A stretch of DNA of 18,818 nucleotides, from NCBI GenBank assembly GCA_032249135.1, contig JAVVGL010000033.1, positions 1-18,818 on the forward strand. The letters run 5' to 3'. The notes under the pieces are model-generated. The model was not told where the DNA came from and searched no databases. It saw only the letters and a program-made list of their open reading frames with translations. The translations under genes and the position numbers were made by a program. Below, piece by piece: positions 1 to 8,723 of this stretch. Source of the DNA: Candidatus Calescibacterium sp. (GTDB lineage: Bacteria; Calescibacteriota; Calescibacteriia; Calescibacteriales; Calescibacteriaceae). Positions within the stretch are counted from its first letter, which is position 1, and every line of letters begins with the position of its first letter.

Positions 1-2510
1 AGAAGAAAACAAAAATAAATGAGGTTATAATAGGAGATATACTACTACAACCCCCACCACCTCCCCCGCCTCCACCTCCACTACCACCACCGCCACCACC
101 CCCTCCGCCACCTCCATCTGATGGAGGAGGAGTACAATTTATATAGTCTCCTGTGAATATGTTATTGAAGCGAGAGGTTTGTCTTTCCTGATTCCTTTGT
201 TCACATGAAAGTGGTAAGTTAGCAACAAATTCAGCATAATTTTGAGGTCTGAATGTTAGAGCTTCCAAAGTTATCCTCCACGGGAAGCTTGCACTATCGC
301 ACGCTCTCCGACCAGCATTTATATGATATGTACAATCTCTATCATCATTGGAAACATCATCAAATAAATCCCAAATAGCTGATGTAACATAACCTTCATT
401 CTGATCCCCACATCCGAGATTTCCCTCTCTACAATATCCACAATAATGTCTTATCCATCTATTTTGTGGATTATCATCCGCTAATCTTATTGTCGAGCCC
501 TCAAGGTTTATGCAATTCACACGATATCCTGGATTCCATGGCAAACCTTGCCAACAACTATATGGAGTATTAAAACTCACCAAAGCTACGGCATTTGCAA
601 ATCCCTCAGCCCATGCTAACCCCCTTTTTTGCCTCTCATCAGTAAGGTTATTTGAACAAAGAGTATGAGGTCCTCCCGGTGAAGGCCAATCTCTAAATCC
701 ATACAGCCTATCCATAAGAGCATGTCCGAATTCATGGGCTACAATTGAAGCTTCTGCTTGGTCAAATATTATATAAATCCTTCTGTCAGAAGTACTATAA
801 GAACTATTATTTCCAGAAGCCGGGAAAATTATTTCATAATCACCTATGTCTTTCCCACCGCGAGCATTCTTGTTAACTGCATAGGCTGTATTAGCAAATC
901 TGAAAACCCAAAATGCCCTCAAAGTTGTATCGTTCATATCCTGTGCGCTTCCTACCCTAACTGTCCCTATATTATACGTCCCACCTTTGAGTCCATCTCG
1001 TTCCCAGACAGTCTGGGAATATGTTCTATTTGTACCACTTCTGAAAACTTGCAACTTCCCATTACAGGCAAGAACAACTATGTAAGGATCTGGATTAGAA
1101 CCTAAATCATATGCACAACCATTACAACTAAAATAACCAAACCCATCTGTTCTTGCTGAACAAATAAAATCATCTGGATTTAAAAAACCATCCGCATCAT
1201 AAACATTTATTGAAGCTCCAACTAACGGAATATCTTGAAGTGAATAGTTTTCCCTAATTATAACTCGACCTGAAAAAGTATAGCATTCTTTCCCTTTCAC
1301 CATTATTCTTCCGCTCATTCCACTCTCCTCGCTACTTTTCTGTGGTTCAATCTCAGAATCGGTCGGTTCAAATTCAATATCTACATCCTGAGGTATATAA
1401 GGTGGAAAATCATAAACTTGTTCAAGATCAACTGTTATGAGCGGGTCGGTTTCAGATTCAAGTCTAACTTCTCCTAAAGCGACAGGATCATCTGCATATG
1501 CTATCGGTGGATAATATGCCGCTCCCTCTCTCTTTTCATATCTTTCAAGTCTCTTTTCCAAAAGATATATTGAGTACTCAGCGGGATCAAAAGCCTTTAT
1601 ATCTCGCCTGTGTTCTCTTACGATAAAAAGAGTTCTGACCCTAAACTCTAAAAATCCAGAATTATTCTCAAAAACTGGTTGATATTCAAGTCGAGCTCTT
1701 ATAGGAAAAGTTCCATAATTCCCACACATTTTTATTGGAACATAAAAGCTTTTCACTTCATTTTTAGAAACTTCTCCTATCCTGAACTCATTTCCTCCTA
1801 TCATCCTCACCTCATCAGGTGCTTCAACTTTTATAAAAACTTCCTTCGCATCAAAAAGTAAAAATGCAATATGAAATATAAGAAAACCATCAGGAGATCT
1901 TGGATGATCCTTGAAAACAGGATCCCATATAGACTTGAATTCAAAAACAAAAACAACAGGTGATTCCCCAGCAATCTTTTCCATATCCTCCAACGATGGC
2001 CTATATGGATATTCCTTCCACCTTTTCCAGTTCTCAGAAAAATCAGACGCTATCTTGCCAGAAGCACAAAGATCTTCTTCATCTGCTTCTACTGATCCCT
2101 CTTTCTTTGCTATTTTAACTTCAATACTTAATGGATTAGCTAAATTGAAACCTTCAGATTTTACATGAAGTGTTCCTTCATATTCACCAGCCAAACCTGA
2201 GAACCTAAGTTTTACTGCGTTTCTCTCATTAGCCTTTATTTCGTTGAACTGCAAAGGCTCCACTTTCAATATTTGAGATAAAGAAGGAGTCATCCAAAGT
2301 TCTACATTTTTAGCTTCTTTATCTGACTCAAAATAAACTTCATACACAATTTCCTCGCCTTCTTCAAAGTTTACGCTCACTTTTTCGGGTATCCATTTAA
2401 TCTTTGGTTTTTGTTTACCTAAAAGAATTTCTGGCGCAATAAGAAGAAGACAGAAGCCTAAAAACAATAGTATTATTTGCCGTCCCCCCCCCTACTTTAT
2501 TCTTTATCAT
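1..2510 (-). CDS. Large secreted zinc metalloprotease-like surface protein (HEFGH), frameshifted at a poly-G tract; C-terminus runs off the window
   Basis: Manual translation shows a stop-free minus frame from 2491 to 2 (830 codons). It contains SIVAHEFGHALM (HEFGH at 736-722), GLAWAEGFANA (E at 607-605), NEGYVTSAIWDLFD and a G11-S-G10-C-SSISPIITSFIFVFF tail. The ATG at 2510 has the SD AAGGAGGT (2525-2518) but is one base out of frame because of G9 at 2492-2484. With G8 it reads MIKNKVGGGRQIILLFLGFCLLLIAPEILLG, a signal-peptide-like start, giving >=836 aa. Confidence 0.88.
50..115 (-). repeat. Poly-glycine-encoding low-complexity tract (G11-S-G10) before a Cys and a hydrophobic segment
   Basis: The + strand reads acc/ccc/tcc/gcc triplets, i.e. 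GGN codons with synonymous variation, in frame with the protease ORF. Confidence 0.9.
2484..2492 (-). repeat. G9 homopolymer tract in codons 7-9 of the protease gene (candidate slipped-strand phase-variation site)
   Basis: Nine consecutive C on the + strand in AT-rich context. As sequenced, the ATG frame stops after 31 codons (TAA at 2417-2415). Confidence 0.85.
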
Positions 2511-2517
2511 AAGTATT

Positions 2518-2567
2518 ACCTCCTTTTTGTTTTTATAAAATATAATCATTTTTTCCGAAAAAGTCAA
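2518..2567 (-). promoter_or_regulatory. Sigma70-type promoter and SD for the protease gene
   Basis: -35 TTGACT (2567-2562), 17-bp spacer, -10 TATATT (2544-2539). SD AAGGAGGT (2525-2518) lies 7 nt before the ATG. Confidence 0.65.
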
Positions 2568-2665
2568 GAAATTGAGCGATTATACAAAAGCTACATGACC
2601 ACTGAAAAGAGGAAGGATATAGCAAAAGAAAGTTGGTTAGATGAGTTATCAAAGAGAAAGCAAAA

Positions 2666-5600
2666 TTAGCTGCTTTGCTTTCTTACCTCTCTTTCTTTCA
2701 AGATGAAAAATATCGCTGGATAGACTATAAGTTCTAAGATAAAGCTTGTTATAAGTCCTCCTACCATAGGAGCCGCAATTTTTTTTGCAACATCAGCGCC
2801 CGGACCAGTACCCAACATAATTGGTAAAAGTCCGACTATATTTGTAAGAACAGTCATAGCCTTCGGTCTCAACCTTTTCACAGCACCATAAATTACAGCT
2901 TCTTTTAGATCATCTAAATTCATCGGTTGTCCTTTTTCTTTTTTCCATTTTTCATAAGCCATATCAAGATAGAGCAACATAACAACTCCTGTTTCCGCAT
3001 CAAGACCTAAAAGGGCTATTATGCCAACCCAAACCGCAACAGATAAATTATATCCGAGAATATGAAGTAAAACCAGAGCTCCAACGAGTGAAAAAGGAAC
3101 AGCTAAAAACACAATCAAAACTTTCAAAACAGACCTCAAATTTATGTAAAGAAGCATAAAGATTATCATAATTGTAAGGGGAATTATCAGCTTCAATTTT
3201 TCTTTAATTCTTACCATGTATTCGTACTGACCAGACCACTCCCAAAAATATCCCTGTGGAACTTTGATTTTCTCCTCTAAAATCTTTTGAGCTTTTGCAA
3301 CATAAGTTCCTAAATCTATTCCCTGAACATCTACATAAACCCAACCTGTGCGATAACCTTTCTCTGTTTTTATAGAAGACGGACCTCTTACAAGTTTTAT
3401 CTCTGCAACTTGCTCAATCGGTATATTGCCATACTTTGTTGGTATCAGAACTCTTTTAAGTTGAGATATATCTTCTCTGAAATCTCTTGCATATCTTACC
3501 TGAATTGGATATCTTGCCCTACCCTCTATCGCATAGTCTATGACTTTACCTCCTATTGCGGTTTCTATTATAGTTTGGACATCTTCTACTTTGAGTCCAT
3601 ATCGTGCAGCAATATCTTTTTTTATTTCAAACTCAACATAATATCCATCTATAACCCTTTCTGCATAGACCGAGCGAGTCCAAGGAAACTTTTTAAGAGC
3701 GGATTCAATTTCTTCTCCTATCTTTTCTATCACTTTTAAGTCTTGACCGAAAATTTTTATACCAAGCGGAGTTCTTATACCGGTAGTTACCATATCTATT
3801 CTATTTTTTATTGGCATAGTCCATGCATTTACGACTCCGGCAAACTGCAAAGCTGAGTCCATAGCATTTATGAACTCATCGTATGTCCATCTTCTGCAAT
3901 GACCAAAAATTTTTTTCAAAAATGGTTCCAAAAATTCAGGTTTATATTTTTTTTCTACCCTACAAGGCCAATCCTTTTCTGGTTTCAAGATTATCGTGGT
4001 TTCAACCATAGAAAGCGGAGCAGGATCAAGCGGAGTGTCCGCTCTTCCGACCTTTCCAAAAACCGTGAGCACTTCGGGAAAAGATTTTATTATCTTATCT
4101 TGTATTTGAAGCAAACGAGAAGCCTCTCCGATTGAAATTCCCGGTAAAGTTGTGGGCATATAAAGAATTGTTCCCTCGTTCAAAGTTGGCATAAATTCTG
4201 TTCCGAGCTTGAAAAATAGCGGAACAGAAGATAAAGTTATAAGAAAGGCTATTGCAACAACAAAGTATCTTAACTTCAAAGAAAAACTCAAAATCGGCTC
4301 GTATATTTTGTGTAATGTTTTAGAGATGGGATTTTTATCTTCTGGTAAAACTTTTCTGGGTGCAAAAATGACCAAAAAAGCAGGAGTGAAAGTTATTGCA
4401 ACAAAAGCTCCCGCAAGCATTGCAAGAGTTTTTGTTATAGCAAGAGGTTTAAATAATCTTCCCTCCTGAGCTTCAAGAGCCAAAACCGGCAAAAACGAAA
4501 CTGTAATAACAAGCAAAGTAAAAAATAGAGGTCTTCCAACGGATTTCGTTGCCTCCAAAATCAAATCAAGCCTATCTTTACCACTGATATTTCCTCTTTT
4601 CTCACTTTCCTCTTCAATTTTTTTATTTACATTTTCAACTATGATTATCATAGCGTCTATCAGAGTTCCTATCGCAATAGCTATGCCAGCAAGAGACATG
4701 ATGTTTTGCGTTATTTTGATGTAATACATCGCAATAAAAGATAAAATCACAGCAACTGGAAGCATTACAACTATAATGAAAGCAGACCTGAAATTAAAAA
4801 GGAATATGGCACAGATGATTATAACTAAGAGGCATTCTTCAACAATTTTCTGCAAAAGATTTTTCACCGACCTCTCTATTAAATCTGACCTATCATAAGT
4901 CGTTATTATTTCAACTCCATCTGGCAAAGTGTTTTTGATCTCAGCTATCTTCTTTTTTACATCTTGAACAACTTTGTAGAGATTTTCACCGAACCTTACT
5001 GTAACTATTCCTCCCACAACTTCACCTTCGCCGTCAAGCTCAGCCACTCCTCTTCTTATTTCTGGTCCCAAAGAAACAAAAGCGATGTCTTTTATGAAAA
5101 TAGGAACTCCGTCTCTTACATCAACTGATATATTTTCTATATCTTCTTTTGACGATATAAGTCCTTTTCCTCTTATAAAATACTCAACACCACTCATTTC
5201 AATTAGTCTTCCGCCAACTTCATTGTTAGATGACCTTATTGCATAAATTACTTGCTCCAAAGTTATGTTATATGATATAAGTTTTACAGGATCAACAATA
5301 ACCTGATATTGTTTTACAAAACCACCAACAGAATCAACATCTGCAACTCCGGGAACAGACCTTATTACATATTTTATGTACCAGTCGTTAAGTGTTCTGA
5401 GGCAGGAAAGATCACAATTTCCGGATTTATCTTGGAGAGCATACTGGAATCCCCATCCAACTCCTGTTGCATCTGGACCTATTTTCCACCTGACACCATC
5501 CGGTAGTTCTATACCTTGAAGGAATTCAAGTACACGAGAGCGAGCCCAGTAAATATCTACACCATCCTCAAATATAACAAAAACAAGACCAAATCCGAAA

Positions 5601-5860
5601 AATGACATACCCCTTACAGTTTTTACACGAGGAGAAGAAATCAGGACAGAAACAATAGGATATGTTGCTTGAAGCTCTATTGTTTCGGGAGATCTTCCTT
5701 CCCACTCAACATAAATCATAACCTGAGTATCTGAAAGGTCAGGAATAGCATCAAGAGGGATTTTTGGAATAGTTCTTATTCCCCAAAACACTACAAAAAA
5801 GAAAACTATAAGAACAAAAACTCTGTTTTTTGCACACCAAGATATTATCGCTTCTATCAT
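2666..5860 (-). CDS. cusA: CusA/CzcA-family heavy-metal efflux RND permease (Cu+/Ag+ type)
   Basis: 1064 aa with PLDAIPDLSDTQV, DIYWARSRVLE, GPDATGVGW, NIMSLAGIAIAIG and RLRPKAMT. Met motifs match the CusA Cu(I) site: LYMPTT, PLSMVET, KNRIDM. SD AGGAGGTG upstream. Confidence 0.96.
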   Translation of the reverse strand: MIEAIISWCAKNRVFVLIVFFFVVFWGIRTIPKIPLDAIPDLSDTQVMIYVEWEGRSPETIELQATYPIVSVLISSPRVKTVRGMSFFGFGLVFVIFEDGVDIYWARSRVLEFLQGIELPDGVRWKIGPDATGVGWGFQYALQDKSGNCDLSCLRTLNDWYIKYVIRSVPGVADVDSVGGFVKQYQVIVDPVKLISYNITLEQVIYAIRSSNNEVGGRLIEMSGVEYFIRGKGLISSKEDIENISVDVRDGVPIFIKDIAFVSLGPEIRRGVAELDGEGEVVGGIVTVRFGENLYKVVQDVKKKIAEIKNTLPDGVEIITTYDRSDLIERSVKNLLQKIVEECLLVIIICAIFLFNFRSAFIIVVMLPVAVILSFIAMYYIKITQNIMSLAGIAIAIGTLIDAMIIIVENVNKKIEEESEKRGNISGKDRLDLILEATKSVGRPLFFTLLVITVSFLPVLALEAQEGRLFKPLAITKTLAMLAGAFVAITFTPAFLVIFAPRKVLPEDKNPISKTLHKIYEPILSFSLKLRYFVVAIAFLITLSSVPLFFKLGTEFMPTLNEGTILYMPTTLPGISIGEASRLLQIQDKIIKSFPEVLTVFGKVGRADTPLDPAPLSMVETTIILKPEKDWPCRVEKKYKPEFLEPFLKKIFGHCRRWTYDEFINAMDSALQFAGVVNAWTMPIKNRIDMVTTGIRTPLGIKIFGQDLKVIEKIGEEIESALKKFPWTRSVYAERVIDGYYVEFEIKKDIAARYGLKVEDVQTIIETAIGGKVIDYAIEGRARYPIQVRYARDFREDISQLKRVLIPTKYGNIPIEQVAEIKLVRGPSSIKTEKGYRTGWVYVDVQGIDLGTYVAKAQKILEEKIKVPQGYFWEWSGQYEYMVRIKEKLKLIIPLTIMIIFMLLYINLRSVLKVLIVFLAVPFSLVGALVLLHILGYNLSVAVWVGIIALLGLDAETGVVMLLYLDMAYEKWKKEKGQPMNLDDLKEAVIYGAVKRLRPKAMTVLTNIVGLLPIMLGTGPGADVAKKIAAPMVGGLITSFILELIVYPAIFFILKEREVRKQSS

Positions 5861-5916
5861 CTTCTTTTCTCACCTCCTTTTTTACTTCTTTCTCAAAATA
5901 TTTTTCTTTTCAATTA

Positions 5917-7446
5917 CTAATGCAAATGATGTTGATCTTCTTTTTGTCTTATATCCTCCGCTTTTTTGAACTTTTCAATAGCGGATTTGAGTTTTACTTC
6001 TGAGTCAATAAAGAATGTTCCAGAAGATATAATTTCCTCATTTCCAGATAATCCATACTCCACAATATATCCATCTTTTACTTTTTCTCCCAACACAATC
6101 TCACGGGGAACGATTTTTTCTCCTTCTCCTTTTACGAAAACATAATATTTTTCTCCGGACCAAAGAACAGAATCCTCTGGAACCACTATTTTTTTCCCAA
6201 GCGGAATATGAATGTAAACAGAAACATACATCCCAGGTTTTAAAATCAAGTTTTTGTTTTCAACATCAATTCTTACTTTCAGGGTTCTTTTTTGTGGGTC
6301 AATATAAGGGAAGACATAAGATATTTTTCCTTGGGTTTCAAATCCTAAAATATCGCTTTTTATTATTGCTTTGTATCCGTTTTTTATAATTTTGATATCA
6401 TTTTCGTAAAATTCTGCGATAACCCAAACATAAGATAAGTCTGCAATTCGGAAGAGTTCAACATCAGGAGAGACAAATTGTCCCCTAAAAACATTCTTTT
6501 TTATTATAAAACCACTTACAGGAGATCTTACAACAATATACGGAGAAAACTTTTTTCTTTTTTCATCTGATTTTTCAATAAAGTCTGCAATATCTTTTTC
6601 TGATATTCCGTAAATTTGAAGTTTTCTCTTTGCAGATTCTAAAAGTGATTGATAAAAATTATGTTGTGGATGGTCTTTTGAAATTTCCTCATAAGCTTTT
6701 GAAGTTATTATGTAATCTTGCAAAGATGCAGCAAGGTCTGGGGAGTATATTTTCACAAGAGGCTCACCCTTTGATATAAGTTTCCATTCATAGTCCGCAT
6801 ATAATTCTTCAATCCACCCAGAGTATTTCAAAGATATAGATTTTATTCTTCTTTCATCAATCTCAACTACTCCCGCTCCTCTTACTTCTTTTGATACATC
6901 TTTGATCTGAATTTTCACAAATTTCAAACCAACTGGAATGCGAGTTATTTCAAACTCATTAACAGAACTTTCTTTTCCGTGGTCATGCTCCTGATTATAA
7001 TGATGCTCTTCTTTTTCCTGTGGATACTCTTTTTCGAGCTTTCCCTGCCCTTTGTGCTTTTCTTCTTCTTTCAGTTCTTCTTTTTTTATAGGGACAAGTT
7101 TCATTCCGCATATAGGACAATTTCCTGGTTTATCTGATACATAGTCAGGGTGCATCGGGCAGTGATATAAAGTTTTCTCACGAGATGTCTCTGACTTTGG
7201 TTCTTTTTTTGAAGGTTCTTTTTTGACAGGAACCAATTTCATTCCGCATATAGGACAATCTCCCGGCTTATCTGACACATAATTTGGATGCATAGGGCAA
7301 TAATAAAGTTGAGCTTTACTTTCCGATTCTGTCCCGATTTTCTTTCCACGAGAACATGATTGAGAAAAAGAAATGAAAGGTCCGAAAAACACAATCAAGA
7401 TAACCCCACCTAATGCAAAAAGTTTTTTATTTTTCTCTGATCTCAT
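5917..7446 (-). CDS. cusB: CusB-like RND periplasmic adaptor with two N-terminal CPMHP..CPICGM heavy-metal-binding domains
   Basis: 509 aa with an N-terminal hydrophobic anchor and MFP motifs (SGWIEELY, YSPDL, SPVSG, LFRIADLSYVWV, LKPGMY). Two YxCPMHPxYVSDKPGxCPICGMKLVP repeats, a His-rich linker, and adjacency to cusA. Confidence 0.93.
   Translation of the reverse strand: MRSEKNKKLFALGGVILIVFFGPFISFSQSCSRGKKIGTESESKAQLYYCPMHPNYVSDKPGDCPICGMKLVPVKKEPSKKEPKSETSREKTLYHCPMHPDYVSDKPGNCPICGMKLVPIKKEELKEEEKHKGQGKLEKEYPQEKEEHHYNQEHDHGKESSVNEFEITRIPVGLKFVKIQIKDVSKEVRGAGVVEIDERRIKSISLKYSGWIEELYADYEWKLISKGEPLVKIYSPDLAASLQDYIITSKAYEEISKDHPQHNFYQSLLESAKRKLQIYGISEKDIADFIEKSDEKRKKFSPYIVVRSPVSGFIIKKNVFRGQFVSPDVELFRIADLSYVWVIAEFYENDIKIIKNGYKAIIKSDILGFETQGKISYVFPYIDPQKRTLKVRIDVENKNLILKPGMYVSVYIHIPLGKKIVVPEDSVLWSGEKYYVFVKGEGEKIVPREIVLGEKVKDGYIVEYGLSGNEEIISSGTFFIDSEVKLKSAIEKFKKAEDIRQKEDQHHLH
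7090..7308 (-). repeat. Intragenic tandem duplication of the metal-binding domain (138-nt period)
   Basis: The identical 23-mer tttcattccgcatataggacaat occurs at 7099-7121 and 7237-7259, with near-identical peptide repeats. Confidence 0.9.
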
Positions 7447-8620
7447 AGTTTATTACCTCCTTTTCATCTAAACCCAAAAGTTTTTCAATGTTTGCGTTGT
7501 ATTTTCTGTTGAGAAAAACATACCTTTTTTCTTCTATTTTGTATGAAAGAAGTAGCGTTAATGAATTAATTACTGTGAGGAAATCAACTTTCCCGACTTC
7601 CCAGTTTGCTCGTGCGGCGGAAAAATTCAGTTCTGATTGTGGTATAAGCACATCTTTATATAATTTCCATAGCTCAAATGATGAATCAGAAAGTTCTTTG
7701 AAAGATTTGAGAAGGCTCAAAACTCTATTTTTTTCTGCTTCAAACCTTGCATAAGATGAAAGAAGAAGCTCCTGAGATTCCATTATTTTCTTTGCTTCTT
7801 TTTTTCCAAAAAAAGCTGGTATTTCAAAACTTATCATAGCTCTCATCATTCCTCCCATGGTATCAAACATGAAACCAAAATTTGGATAAGGCTCAGTCTT
7901 TGATACAAAAAGTTCCGATTTGCTTAATTCAATTTCGGCTTTCAAAACCTGCAAATAAGGAGAATGAGAAAGAGCAATGTCTTTTAGCTGTAAGTAAGGC
8001 AAATCAAATTTAGATGGAAAAATCTCATTTTCTGGAACAATATTAAAGTCAGGTATTTCTCCTAAAAGCTCGCTTATTTTTGAAGACAAGACTGAAATAT
8101 CGGCAGATAAATTTATAATTTTCTCTTGGATTTTAGATATCTCAATTTGAATCCGCATGATAGAGCCAATAGGTTCTTGACCAAGCCTATATCTTGCTTG
8201 AACAGCCTCTGCAAGATCAGAGATTAACATCTTTATATTTTCAAGGATTTCTTTTTGGGAATACAAAAACCAGAGTTCAAAGTAATACTCTTTGATCTGT
8301 GTTTTTATCTCCCACTTTGTAAGTTCAAGTTTTTTGAGTTCAAGAGAAGATAATGAATCTGCTTTCTTACCAAGAGCTTTTAGTTTTGAAGGAAAAGGAA
8401 TTTTTTGAGATATAGAGAACTCAAATCGTGGTGTCAAAAATGAAGCACCAAGACCAATTTCTGGGTTTGGTAACCACCACCTCAAATACTCTCTTTGATA
8501 CAAAGTTGAACTGTAAATCTTTTGTGCAGATAAAATTTCTGGATTATTTTTCATCGCTTTATCTAAAAGTTTCTCCAAACTGATTTGAACCAAAAAAATA
8601 GAAAACAAAAATAAAGCCAT
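7427..8620 (-). CDS. cusC: TolC-family outer-membrane efflux protein (CusC-like)
   Basis: 397 aa with a short signal, 'AMKNNPEI', 'LPNPEI', 'SQKIPFPSK' and 'WEVGKVDFLTVI' OEP-type features. Overlaps cusB by 20 nt. The symbol is assigned by context. Confidence 0.85.
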   Translation of the reverse strand: MALFLFSIFLVQISLEKLLDKAMKNNPEILSAQKIYSSTLYQREYLRWWLPNPEIGLGASFLTPRFEFSISQKIPFPSKLKALGKKADSLSSLELKKLELTKWEIKTQIKEYYFELWFLYSQKEILENIKMLISDLAEAVQARYRLGQEPIGSIMRIQIEISKIQEKIINLSADISVLSSKISELLGEIPDFNIVPENEIFPSKFDLPYLQLKDIALSHSPYLQVLKAEIELSKSELFVSKTEPYPNFGFMFDTMGGMMRAMISFEIPAFFGKKEAKKIMESQELLLSSYARFEAEKNRVLSLLKSFKELSDSSFELWKLYKDVLIPQSELNFSAARANWEVGKVDFLTVINSLTLLLSYKIEEKRYVFLNRKYNANIEKLLGLDEKEVINYEIREK

Positions 8621-8622
8621 AT

Positions 8623-8722
8623 TCTTCCACCTCCTTTTCTTTTTTATATTTACTTACTTTGTGATTTACTCTTTTGTGTTAATATAGCTACCTTCTTCAA
8701 GTGTAAAAGAGTCAGAAGATAA
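8623..8722 (-). promoter_or_regulatory. Candidate anti-SD/SD RNA switch upstream of cusC
   Basis: mRNA UCUUCUGACUCUUUU (8719-8705) can pair with AAAGGAGGUGGAAGA (8637-8623, containing the SD) at 14 of 15 positions, 3 of them G.U. Competing pairings exist with 8675-8668 and 8696-8688. Paired by eye only. Confidence 0.4.
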
Positions 8723-8723
8723 T

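Noticed and set aside
50-130. C-rich tract as a G-quadruplex, telomere-like or CRISPR repeat
   Set aside because: Fully explained by in-frame GGN glycine codons with third-position variation. There is no repeat-spacer structure.
758-2168. Plus-strand ORFs 758-1105, 1679-1861 and 1911-2168
   Set aside because: They are antisense shadows of the long minus-strand protease frame, with no motifs or SD.
1-2510. Treating the protease as a decayed pseudogene
   Set aside because: The only lesion is in a homopolymer. The promoter, SD, catalytic motifs and 830 codons are intact.
7099-7259. 23-bp direct repeat as a CRISPR or att site
   Set aside because: Only two copies, both in frame within the duplicated metal-binding domains of cusB.
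3410-7754. Short plus-strand ORFs inside cusA, cusB and cusC
   Set aside because: Antisense to well-supported genes, with no recognisable features.
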